Shown here one piece after another: positions 53,817 through 64,000 of a stretch of DNA of 64,000 bases. Source of the DNA: Carpediemonas membranifera BICM (lineage: Eukaryota > Protista > Fornicata). The first letter of the stretch is position 1, and each line of letters starts with the position of its first letter. The notes beneath the pieces were generated by a model. The model was not told the origin of the DNA. It saw only the letters and a list, made by a program, of their open reading frames with translations, and made no database searches. Where the stretch lies: NCBI GenBank assembly GCA_019828565.1, contig JAHDYR010000012.1, positions 620,001 through 684,000 on the forward strand, written 5' to 3'. Position numbers and translations under genes: made by a program.

Positions 53817-55775
53817 TTATACGTCTAATAAAGGCGCCTCGTCCTCCGTTGCCTTGAGGCCGTGTTGAATGAAGTAAACGATCAGTGAGGGGTGCCCGCC
53901 CCGCCCTATCACAGAGCCGGGGTTCAGCAGCAGCAGGCAGCTCGAGACGAAGACGGAGACGGCCCCGACAAAAAGAATAAATATGACTGCGGTCGGCAGC
54001 AGCGAGCAGATAACAGACGTCAGCAGGGCCGCGGCGAGGTCACCCAGCGCGAACCCGGCGGTGACGATGGCGCTCACTGAAAGGAAGTCCGCAGCCCCGG
54101 CTTGGGCGATCTCCCTAATGTTCGAGGCGTACGTCGCCATGACGGCCATGAGAACGAGGGCGGCGCCGAACTGGGCGAGGATCAGGGCGTTCGCCTCGAC
54201 GGGGCCCGTGGTGATCATGGCGGCGACAATCAGGGCGCTGGTGACCATGTTCCCGGCGAGTCCTATGAGGGCGCCCCCGGCGTTCCCCAGGTAGCACAGG
54301 GCGGCCGGGACGACACTGGGGCCGACCAGCAGGACCAGCCCGAGCACGCTGATGCCGCCGCGGTACGAGTTGATCGTCATGCGGACGAGAGCGTCGTCGT
54401 GCCGGGTGAACTGGTTGATGCCGTCGACGATGATCGACGAGCCGAACGACACCAGCGCCGTGCCTAGCAGCACCACGACGAGGGAGGGGCTGGGCGTGGC
54501 GTTCGTCAAGAAGGGGGGCTGCTCCGTCGGGGGCATGCGGTCGATGACCTCGTCGGCGTCCTCTGCTTTCCTCGTGTCGTAGCTGACGTCGAGTAGCCCG
54601 AACGCCGCCCCGAGCAGGACTATGGGTGTGACAGCGAATAGCGCCATGCGGACCCAGCGGGGCCAGACGTACTGCTGGGCGGGGTCGAACGTCTCCTGGT
54701 AATACGACTGTAGCTGGGTCTGGTCGCCCGTGAAGACCGACATCAGCACAGTCATGAAGACGGGCTGGGCCTGGCGAGGGCAGATGGCTGCCACGGTGCT
54801 GATGCTGGCAGCGAGGATCATGGGGTAGGCGAAGTACGTGCACACGACGACAGCGACCTCGAGCACCGCCCGGAACGTCGTGGACGTCAGAAAGAGCGAC
54901 ACAGCCCGCAGCCCGAGCTGCAGCAGCGCCGGGCCCAATGCAGCGATACCCAGCCAACCCGCGGCGCTGATATGCGTCGCAGTGAACACCTTCTTTGGCA
55001 GTCTGGCGACGAGTAATGACGCAGCTGTCGCGGCCGCCAGCGCGCCGACCGAGAGTGCCATCGTGATCAGGCCGGCCAGCGGGCTTGTGTCCCACCGGGA
55101 AGGAGGGTTCATTGTGACAGTGAGCAGCGAGGCGGGGCAGGCAGCGAGCATGACGGCGACTATGTGGCGGGCCCCGAACGGGACAAGCCACATGTACGGC
55201 CTGTAGCCCTGCAGCGACCTGTAGACGCCGACAACACTCGCACATGCCAGCACGATACAGGTGCCGCCCGCGATGAGCGGGATGAAAGGGACAAGCTGGA
55301 ACATGGCGACCTGATACACGGCGACGAAGAGCAGAAAGGTCGCCGCCATCACCGCGAACAACGCGTTTACCGCCATGAACGCTGCCAGAACCTTTGTGCT
55401 GTGCAGGCATGTGGCGGGCTGCAGCATCAGGAGGGACGGCAGCAGGACCGGGGCAACAAAGATGACGTTGGGGGCGATGCTGGTGAGCTCGCCAATGAAA
55501 TTGAAGATACTGGACAAGCTAGTGAGTTCAAATGTTCTAAAGGATGGAATAATGGCAAGATCATTGACGGAAGAGATCAACAGCACGAACAGGATGGGAA
55601 TGGAGCCCATCGTCAGGACATCCCACTTGTACCGCAACGTGTCTCTCTCCTCGTCGATTTGAACCGTCGAGACACGGTCAAGGTACCGCCAGAACATCGT
55701 CAAGTAATCGCGATGCGATCTCAACCTCGGACAAGCAAGGAGAAATCCGCGCAAGATGCCGGATTTGCTGAACAT
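53817..55775 (-). CDS. multi-pass membrane transporter-like protein (possibly MFS)
   Basis: 652 aa with more than 12 hydrophobic segments and a central hydrophilic loop. Confidence 0.72.
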   Translation of the reverse strand: MFSKSGILRGFLLACPRLRSHRDYLTMFWRYLDRVSTVQIDEERDTLRYKWDVLTMGSIPILFVLLISSVNDLAIIPSFRTFELTSLSSIFNFIGELTSIAPNVIFVAPVLLPSLLMLQPATCLHSTKVLAAFMAVNALFAVMAATFLLFVAVYQVAMFQLVPFIPLIAGGTCIVLACASVVGVYRSLQGYRPYMWLVPFGARHIVAVMLAACPASLLTVTMNPPSRWDTSPLAGLITMALSVGALAAATAASLLVARLPKKVFTATHISAAGWLGIAALGPALLQLGLRAVSLFLTSTTFRAVLEVAVVVCTYFAYPMILAASISTVAAICPRQAQPVFMTVLMSVFTGDQTQLQSYYQETFDPAQQYVWPRWVRMALFAVTPIVLLGAAFGLLDVSYDTRKAEDADEVIDRMPPTEQPPFLTNATPSPSLVVVLLGTALVSFGSSIIVDGINQFTRHDDALVRMTINSYRGGISVLGLVLLVGPSVVPAALCYLGNAGGALIGLAGNMVTSALIVAAMITTGPVEANALILAQFGAALVLMAVMATYASNIREIAQAGAADFLSVSAIVTAGFALGDLAAALLTSVICSLLPTAVIFILFVGAVSVFVSSCLLLLNPGSVIGRGGHPSLIVYFIQHGLKATEDEAPLLDV

Positions 55776-56147
55776 CTTGTGGCCGTTGGAGGTCCATGTG
55801 ACCTGTTACAGTGGAAGTTGGGGTGGTGTCGTCTGGTGCTGCGTCGGGTAACTCGGTGCGGGTAGGGCGGGACACACCAGCTGATGGGTCAGGCGTAGTC
55901 GCTGTGGAGTAGGGCTGTGACTGACAACGAGATTGATGCTGCCCCTCATCAAACTAGGATGCTTAGAAACAAAATGACAGCATGATACGGTAATGGCGGA
56001 CATCATGATGCTTTCTACTGTAAACGCACTCTCCCTACTTTGGGTCCATTGCAGACATGTCATACATTTGTCAAGGGCCTCGCGCTGAAATCGCACTTTT
56101 AGCCTCGAGTCAGTGCAGTTTATGCAAACATAAGCGGATACAAAATA

Positions 56148-56220
56148 CTCCTCTGCCGGGACTCGAACCCGGGTCTTGTGGGTGAAAACCACATGTTCTA
56201 ACCATCTATACCACAGAGGA
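56148..56220 (-). tRNA. tRNA-Glu (TTC)
   Basis: TCCTCTG..CAGAGGA acceptor stem, anticodon loop TTTTCAC in a TGTGG/CCACA stem, GTTCGAG T loop. Confidence 0.96.
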
Positions 56221-56261
56221 TAGAGACGTCAGCTCCGGCGTGAGATAATGGAGCATGGGCG

Positions 56262-57343
56262 ATGGATCTGCCTGATTCGATTTATTCGAGCCGAACGAAT
56301 CGGGATCGAATCAATTACGGCCAGATGGCTGAAGAAACCGAGAACAACACCGGGGACCGCACGCCTGAAGCAGAGAAGATCCCAGATCCGCAGAAGCGCA
56401 TCAACGAACTAACAGGCGAGTTATTGACGCTTCGAGATTTAATGTCGCTGGAGTGGCGCCACCCGGACTCACTAGCCATGCGTAACGAGTCCGAATGGCT
56501 GCAGATGCTCTACAGGGACATCGTCCTCCACCCGAGCTGGACAACCGAGACGATCAAGCTTCAGCTAATGCTCCGTCATGAGCTTCTCCTCATTAAGGAC
56601 ATCAATGGCTTTCACTACGCCGACGCAGTCAAGGACTACGTCAGAGCCCGACGTTCCAGGATCCGTGATTCCGAGAGCCTCACCGTCCTCATCGCAGAGG
56701 CCCGCTCCAGTGCCAGAGTCGCCCCCAAGAGCGATAAGCGCCCCAGAAAAAAACTAATTGTGCAAGACCATCAATCAACCGAACCACCACTCCCCACAAC
56801 CCGTCGAGCGGGTTCTCTCCGCCACTCAGTGGCCGCGTGGCGGCGCTTGGGAGCGCCATCCGACGTGGTCTCTTGGGTTGGCGACGGCATACCCATCGAA
56901 CTGACACAACAACCGAGCAATCCTCGAATATTCCATCTCCCAGAGAAGGACTTAGCCAAGCTCGATCCGCTGGTGCGCGAAATGCTCTCATCGGGTGCCA
57001 TACACCGCGTCTCATCACCACCGAAGCTCACATGTCCTCTCTTTCCAGTCCCGAAGGGTACAGACAAATGGAGAGCAGTCCACAACCTCATACCGCTCAA
57101 CAAGGTCTCCAAAGAGCGCCGTACGTTCCGCTTGTTCGGTGCCAAGAGAGCAGTTTTAAGCCTTGCGCCAGGAGACATGATGATGTCGCTAGATCTCCAT
57201 GCAGGCTACCACCACGTGTCCATTCACCCATCATCGCAGTCCCTCCTAGGCTTTATTCACCGCGGCGTCCACTATCAGTTCACAGTCCTCCCATTCGGAT
57301 GGTCCGCGGCGCCATTCTACTTCCAGAAGATCATGATTACCGT
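56262..57343 (+). mobile_element. DIRS/Ngaro-like (tyrosine-recombinase class) retrotransposon, gag-like plus RT N-terminal half, truncated
   Basis: AGSL....AW..LGA...V..WV..G.PI, LFPVPK...WR...NL..LN, SLDL..GY.HV.IH, YQF.VLPFG...APFYFQK. No protease. Similarity stops before YxDD. Confidence 0.8.
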
Positions 57344-57472
57344 TGTTCGTTTCGCAGACGAAACGGGGGGTGAAGCTTTACAAGCAAAACAAAAAGACGA
57401 TTCGGGACCCTGCCCGGGGATCGGATCGGATCATCAATCAAATAAATATTTGATAGAAGTGCCGCGCTGACA
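57344..57472 (-). repeat. candidate short 3' LTR of the Ty3/gypsy element, with polypurine tract at 57473-57482
   Basis: On the - strand GGGAAGGAAG is immediately followed by TGTCAG, and the segment ends in ..GAACA at the point where DIRS RT similarity breaks. The second LTR is not in the window. Confidence 0.55.
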
Positions 57473-57826
57473 CTTCCTTCCCAGTGGTAACGACCACGAG
57501 TAACGGGCGCGGCGGCGAGGACTGGTCTATGATATTTCATCCGAAACCCATCAAATGCGATGGTTTGATTAGATAGTTGAGCGTGAAGACGAACAACTCC
57601 ATTGAAGGAGGTTATTGAGCTAAAGAGCTCCTAGGTGCTGAAAATGACCTCCATTGGCCTCAATAGGCCCTCGTTGGCGAGATACGAGAACTTTCACGAA
57701 AGCTTCGGATCTTCGACGGGATTCTTCCTCGCAAGCGGTCCATTAGTCTCAATTAAGCAACATCAAGCTTCTCAGACAGCAGTTTATAGTTTAGGACGTG
57801 CTAAGGTCCCGATCAGATGGGGATCA

Positions 57827-59194
57827 TCATCGCCAGCGGCGACGACGAGCCAGCGCCTCGAGGGGTGCCACAGCCGTCGGGTGATCCAGTAGATAGGCGT
57901 CCAGGGCTTGCAGGCGGTAGTTCTCCTGGTTTAGCGGGATCCAGGAGTCCTCCTCGGGCTCATAACCCTTCCAGCGGACACGGAGACGGCGACCCTTCAT
58001 GTCGAGGTCCTTGACGGACTCGACCTCGAACTCACGGTCTTGGCGGGCTACGAGTGCCCGAAGTTCTGCGAGTGACTGGCCTCGGCGGCGGTGGAAAGGC
58101 CGGAGGCGCTCTGACGCGACGGTGAACTGGTCGGCGTCGTCGGTGAGGGACTGAATGATGACCGATCCCTTGACCTTCCCCTCCTGTATGACGCGGAACG
58201 GGCCGCGCCACTTCATGGCCAGCTTCATCGGCTTGATGGGGGCCAGCAGTACGAGGCTCCCGCTGGTATAAGCTCGGTAGGTCGTGGACGCAACACGGCC
58301 GAGCTTCTTGGCATGGTCGCGGGATACAGAGTTCCTGGCTCGTGTGTAGCGCTCCTCCCGACTCTGAGTATCCTTGTGGAAGCCGTCGTGACCAAAGAGG
58401 AGGGTCAACGGGGACTGATGGGTCACGGGGTGTACTCGCGAGTTGAGTATGAGGGCCACTTGCGGGAGCATGTCGCTCCAAGCGGCTTCGTGTTCATCTA
58501 CGAGCGTCCTCATGTGACGGGCGATCTCAGCATTCATGCGTTCGACCTTTCCGTTTGCTTGGGGGTGGTACGGCGTAGAGAAGCGGTGTTCGATCGTGAG
58601 GCTTCTTGTGAGCTCTTCGATTAAACTGTTCTTGTACTGCGAGCCTTGGTCCGTCTGTATGAACTCCGGCACGCCGAACGCGGCGCAGAACTTGTAGATT
58701 GCGTCGGCGGCGTCTTTTGCTGACGTAGTGTGCGTCGGGAATAGAGAAACGTGTCGAGAGAACGCGTCTACGATCACGACGACGTACTTCTGGCCGTGTT
58801 CGTCCTGGGCAAACGGGCCCAGGGTGTCGACCTGGACGGACTGGAAGGGTATTGTCCGCAGGTCTGGGTGTTGGGGGACCGGCAAGCGCTGGCCTGGGCG
58901 GACACGCTGGCACTCGGTGCACGTTGTGAAGAAAGCTCGGGCATCCTCCCACATGCCGGGCCACTGGACGCCCGCCTTTCGCAGACGGCGTATCATCTCG
59001 GGGGGGCCCACATGACCAACCGCGGTGTTGTGCACCTTGGTGAGCTCAGCTTGTGGGTCGATCATGACGAAGTCCTCGCCTCTCCCGTTCACGTGCACAG
59101 CGTAGACAGTGTCGACGTTGAGGTCGGGGAGGACACGAGATAGGGCGTCTGCTACCGTGTTAGCCTCGCCAGCGACATGTTCGAGAGTAAAGTT
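57827..59194 (-). mobile_element. Ty3/gypsy chromovirus-type LTR retrotransposon pol 3' end: RNase H end, integrase, chromodomain
   Basis: HVAGEANTVADALSR, HHCC (H..GH..WPGM..C..CQ), VDTLGP, VDAFSR, TDQGSQY, PYHPQANGKVER, WRGPF, EFEVE..VRWKGYEPEEDSW. Confidence 0.93.
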
Positions 59195-59565
59195 TGAGTT
59201 TTTGAGTTTATTTTTTGATACAGTGCCGGGGTGTCCACCTCCAGGCACTGGCCACAACCCGAGCCAGACGAGCGGTGATCAGCCGCAGGAGGGCAACGGT
59301 TCTCATAACATTGGAAGCCAGAGCTGCGGCGCCCAAGAGTACTGTTCTGAAGCTGCAGGGAGAGGAGGGCCTAAAACCCCTTCGAAGAAGGGTAAAAAGA
59401 TGACCCACGCGGGTCGGCCAGCTCACAACTTCCAGCTCTTGGCGCTGCGGGACTCTGTGCTCCGAGCCCGATGGGGCTCCCTCAGGACGATGATCGAGGA
59501 GGTCCTGAGACCGGGGAGGACGGTGGCGTTTTCCTATGTAAGCGAGGGAACCTACCAGTCACGCG

Positions 59566-62500
59566 TCACAAAAGTACACTCAACATATGTGTGAGCTTGG
59601 CGTCGTCACGCCTGCTCAGGGTCAGGGGGTCCTTGAAAAGGAGGATGGGGTTAATCTTGAAGTGGTCGCACTTAGCCAAGTGGGTCTGGTTCAGGACAAC
59701 CCACGTCCTGGATCTCAGCACTGCTAAGGTCTTGGTAGGGGACGTCAGGATCTCAATCACAGCCGCGGCGATGGCCTCACCCCTGACAGAGAGGACATGC
59801 CTCAAGAGCTGCGGCGGCTTCCGGTTCATCCTTCAGGTCCTGTAGGATTCCCCTGACCGGCTGCCACGCGTCAGGAAGAGCCCCTCTCGTTGGCATTGGT
59901 AGACACGATAGCCGTAGCATCGCGAGGCGCTTCGCTGGCCCAGCCGTTAGATGGTCGAGGTATGGCTGCCTGGCCGGGTAGTTAGAGCGGGTAAAAGGGC
60001 GGGTGAGTGCCGACTCCGTGACGTATCTCCTGACAGCCACTTTGTTACCACGGCAGATTATGTCGTGAGAGAGCTGGGCTGCTCGACAGGCTGCTAGGTC
60101 AAGGCTGTCGGAGTGGGACAGGCCAAGGCTGCCTTGTGCCTCAGCAATGCAGTCTGGGAGATCCTTGCCCGGATGGATTCTCGCCCATCTCACCCCTTGC
60201 TTGAATCTGTCCAGCAGGAGCATTGCCTCTGGATGCAGCCAGCCTAGCTCCAGGTACTTCGCCTCCGATGCAGTTGGGCTGATCCTTAGGGCTGCCGATG
60301 CAAGCTTGCCTACCTGGGAGACAGCCTTATGATTAGCCCAGACGCTCCACCCGTACAGCAGCTTGGGGAGGGTGTAGACCTCTACAATGCGAGGACAGAA
60401 CTTGGAGTGCATCACGCCGCTAGCTCTCAGTAGTCGTAGCTCTCTGTCTATCCTTTCGCCCATAGTCCTATTCTGGGTGGAGAAGTCTCGGGACGTATCG
60501 AAGAGGACCCCTAGGAGCTTGACCGCGTCTCTCTTAATGACTGGATTGCCATGGATGGTGAGGGAGGGGGTGTCGTCCTCTGAGACATAGGTGGTCTTAT
60601 CGTTGGGCTCCAAGGATAGCGCTAGCATGCATGTCCATGCCGCCGTAAGTGCTGCCTCCAACCACTTAAGGGAGGGAGCTACTATTGTAATGTCATCAAC
60701 GAACAGGACTGTGACAATCCAGGGAACGCACGGCCTTGCTGCCACTCGTCTCAGGGTCTCTATGTCGGGAGGAAGCTTCTCAATTGCTTCCTTCCCTAGA
60801 GCGGTTAAGCTTGCAATGATGTGAGGGACTTCCGCAAGGTATCTTGTGAAGATGAAGGGAGCAGTGGTGCATCCTTGCCGTACTCCTGTGTTGGTAGCGG
60901 CGCTAGTGCTGCTACCTCGCATAGAGATCCTTGTGTGCAAATGCATCTCCTTCAACATCTCAATGGCCCTTCTGTTCCCCCCCTCAACGAGTCCAATGCA
61001 TCTCTCCTCGGGACACGGTCAAAGGCCTTAGCCACGTCCAGAGTCCCAATGTGGGTCGCTTTGAACCCACGTCTCGCGTGCTCAATAGCCCATAGTGCAT
61101 CAACCGATGAAACACCCGGCCTTGCACCGTATTGTTCAGGGGGGAAGAGGGTTGTCTCGGTCAATCGTGCGGATCATCATTGTGCCGAGCACCTTGTGGG
61201 CTGTGGAAAGTAGGGAGATAGGTCTGAACGCCACAGGAGCATCGCTAGTAGAGCCGGGCTTTTTCAATGGAATTACCACGGCGGTATGCCACTCTGCTGG
61301 GGTCTTGAGTTGGTCAATGCACTTCTGTAGCAGAGTCTTGAGCGCCTCCTTGAGGACTGGGCAATATTTGAAAATTGCCGGGGTTAGTCCATCACTGCCT
61401 GGGGCTGATCTATTCTTGGCAGATTTGAGAGCCCCTTCCAGGAGAGTGTCCGTGATTTCGAGCTCTATATCGGGGCGAGAGATGGATGGTTCTACTGCTC
61501 CTGCCACATATGATACTGACGCATACCACTCCTCGAAGGCCTTGGCTACTTCTTCTCGGTTGGTGATCACTCTGCCTCCTACTGTGGTGGTAGCAGGAAG
61601 GCCGGGTCCTCTGAGTAAGCCTTCCAGGTCTCTGCGAAGACCAGACACTCTGGCCTGCCCCTTCAAAAAGCTTCCAATGGACGTATCTAAAGAATTCAGG
61701 GGACATGACATCCATGCTCTCAGAGACTCGCTTGGCTCGGGCATGGTAGGCTTTGAGTGTTGAGTGGGCGTGGCTCTCCGAGGATGCTAACGCTACTGAT
61801 AGCATTGCTGATGATAGCTCAGAGCACACGAGAGCTTTGGGGCCTCTGCTCGTCCTCTCCTTGAGCTGATGTTGGTGGCGATGATCCTCAATGATGAGCT
61901 CATAGAGCCGTTCAGGGGAAATACCGATCTGCTCTCCGGCGACAAACCAGTGGTCGTAGTCTTCTGCTCTCTCGACTTCTCTCACTTCATGTGAGGCCGC
62001 AGTGTCCACCAACGCCCATCGGTTGATAGTCGACGTCAGGCTTTGAAAGGCTTGGTCGACATCAAGGTGGCTGATGTTCCTCAGGAGAGTCCTCGCCTTT
62101 CGATGATCCTTGCTGCATTCAAGTACGTTAGCCACATGTCTTTCGTTGAGGACTGCTGTTGCCTTGCTCCTCGTGCGAAAGTAACCCGTTATGCCTGATC
62201 TTGCTACAACCGCTCTGTGTCCTTTGGGTTCAAGGGATACTGTGAGCGGCTTCTTGATGAGATCAGCCAGCTTAGGTGTTGCTGCGATGCCATCAATTAC
62301 TCTGTCCATGAAGGTCGGGCCGTCGGGCACTACCAGTCTCAAGCCACACTCCTTTAGGGTGGTAGCCCACAGCGTCGATGGATCTAGTAGGTTCGTGTTG
62401 AAGTCTCCCATGACAAGAACTTGGAGCCCTTGCTCAATAGCTTTCTTCACCTCGGAGGACAGTAGAGTGTGGAACTCTTTCTTGGCTTGTGCTCCCGTGC

Positions 62501-63071
62501 ATGGACTATAGATGGACATGACACGGACCTTCAGTTTGCCAGCTGTTACAAACACGCAGCCTAGGTCAGCTTGAATCAACCTTGGAGAGTGGGGTTGGTT
62601 CTCGACGTATGTGCAGAGCTCAGCTAATTCCTTCCTCAGCATGATGCCTACGCCTAGATGCTTTGTCTCGGACTCTGACTTGATCACTCCGTGGTATAGC
62701 AGGACCTTGTCATTCGTTGTGGGCAGCTCCGGGGACTGGGCCCACCACCATAGCTCCTGAATGGCCATGATGTCCACGTCTTGTACTAGAGCAAGAGTCA
62801 TCTTGGTGATGTTGAGTGATGTGCAATTCCACGAGTAGAGGTGACCATTTACTGGTCGTCTACCTGCTTGACTTCGCCCTCTCTGATTCCTGAAGGTCGC
62901 AGGCGAGACTCGCGTGGCTAAGCTTGGAGCTGGCGTGGAAGAAGCCGGTGGCTCAACCTTACTCCAGTTACCGTCGTGAGCTCGGGCACTCTGGAGAGCT
63001 TTGAACACCGGAGAAAGGTCCCACGCTTCGCTGACCCATGCTGTTTCTGCCTTCTGTATGAGGGCATCCAT
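59566..63071 (-). pseudogene. LINE ORF2 (AP endonuclease - reverse transcriptase - CCHC), split by four frameshifts
   Basis: SWNC, IQE, GVG, SIYSP, MGDFN, ID, GH (APE); SAPGSDG, FRPISLL, QYG.RPG, LDVAKAFD, GVRQG, FVDD, KLLG (RT); CPLC..HLAKC. Confidence 0.88.
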
Positions 63072-64000
63072 GTCTCCCTCGAGTCATGGGCCCTCTCAGT
63101 CTGACTTTGCGGAGCCCTCGCACTGGCTTGTTGGGGATTCTCGGGACTAGAAACCAATGATCCGGCGCTCTGTAGGACCTCTTGACTACTCCTTTGGAGT
63201 TGTCTGCCGAGGGAGGAACGTTGAGAGCCAGAAGCTCTGCAGCAGATTGCGGTAGGTCTCGGTGAGGAGGGCACTCCCAGTAAACTTGCTGAGCCGTCAA
63301 CTGATTGCTGAAGGAGCTGTCGTTATTCACCGTCGCTATCCTGATGAATGGCTGTTCTAGGCTGTTTGGAGGGACTATGCCTGCCGCATCCGCCACCGCT
63401 ATCATCTTGGCAAGAGGATCAAACCATTCCCACCCTCGCCGAGCTGGGCTCCGCACTGCAATAAATTGACGGCACGTCATAGCCTGTCTGGCCCTATCAC
63501 CTGTGGGGAAGGAGCAGCCACCCTTAGGTGCTATTACGTACTCCTTGAGGATGTGGTGCAGCTCCTCAAGCGTTGGCAGGTGGAGGTCTTGGAGTAGTAG
63601 CACGGCCAGGTCGGGCAGGAGAGAGGACCAGTTGCCGATGAGGACATCCAAGTCTTTCCTCCATGCATCAGTGATTTCAGAGTACGTGGATGTGATAGCT
63701 CCCCTAGATGTTCGGTCGAGACATGAGACTGTGTGCAGTACCGCCGCGAAAGCTACAGTGTCACTGAGAGCACAATGGTAGCCTGGATCTGTTCCAATGT
63801 GGTACGGGCAGGGGCACTTCACCATTGTGAGACATTGGGCTATCGACATCGCCTCAGAGAACTCGGGTGAACGGCAGTAGTCATGGATATGCCCAAAGGA
63901 TCTTTTGTCTATGGACTCTAGATCACTTATGTCATAGACCTTGTCAAGGAAGGGGGCATCGCTTTCCGAGACCCATGACTCTAGGACGGAGTTCTCAAGT
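62968..64000 (-). CDS. putative LINE ORF1, partial
   Basis: Frame is open from the window end to 62968 and overlaps the start of ORF2; contains a CPCPYH..HC cluster. Confidence 0.55.
   Translation of the reverse strand, partial: LENSVLESWVSESDAPFLDKVYDISDLESIDKRSFGHIHDYCRSPEFSEAMSIAQCLTMVKCPCPYHIGTDPGYHCALSDTVAFAAVLHTVSCLDRTSRGAITSTYSEITDAWRKDLDVLIGNWSSLLPDLAVLLLQDLHLPTLEELHHILKEYVIAPKGGCSFPTGDRARQAMTCRQFIAVRSPARRGWEWFDPLAKMIAVADAAGIVPPNSLEQPFIRIATVNNDSSFSNQLTAQQVYWECPPHRDLPQSAAELLALNVPPSADNSKGVVKRSYRAPDHWFLVPRIPNKPVRGLRKVRLRGPMTRGRHGCPHTEGRNSMGQRSVGPFSGVQSSPECPSSRR

Larger units (their letters stand above)
59195..64000 (-). mobile_element. non-LTR retrotransposon (LINE, APE-RT type); 5' end lies outside the window
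   Basis: ORF1-like frame, APE, RT and CCHC domains, 3' UTR, and an A-rich tail AAAAAATAAACTCAAAAACTCAAAC abutting gypsy pol. Confidence 0.88.

Noticed and set aside
59777-61744. Group II intron, retron or DGR reverse transcriptase
   Set aside because: The upstream AP endonuclease, SAPG.DG/RPISLL motifs and C-terminal CCHC identify a LINE ORF2.

Overview
This is gene-dense eukaryotic DNA from a protist, not prokaryotic DNA. It uses the standard genetic code and has very short intergenic spacers and tiny 28-35 nt GT-AG introns. The style resembles a free-living anaerobic metamonad such as a Carpediemonas-like fornicate, but that is inference. Positions 1-56 kb hold about 33 host genes, including a UBR-type E3, Rpt2, a USP, ADAT3, Rab7, twinfilin, RhoGDI, BRCA2 with 17 tandem BRC repeats, an SLC52-like transporter, two HAD-IIA phosphatases and a CoA-disulfide reductase-rhodanese fusion. 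Two tRNA genes are present (Asn-GTT, Glu-TTC). From 56.2 kb to the end is a nest of three retroelements starting just upstream of tRNA-Glu: a truncated DIRS-like RT, a Ty3/gypsy integrase-chromodomain 3' end and an APE-type LINE. The main highlight is a Fanzor (eukaryotic TnpB-like RNA-guided nuclease) at about 10.1-11.2 kb, with an intact RuvC D-E-D triad and hairpins at its 3' end where an omegaRNA would be expected. It is followed by a Cys-rich type I membrane protein with a hint of class II fusogen, and 3 kb downstream by a large protein with an immune-type SIR2_2 domain. All family calls come from motif recognition by eye; no database search was run.
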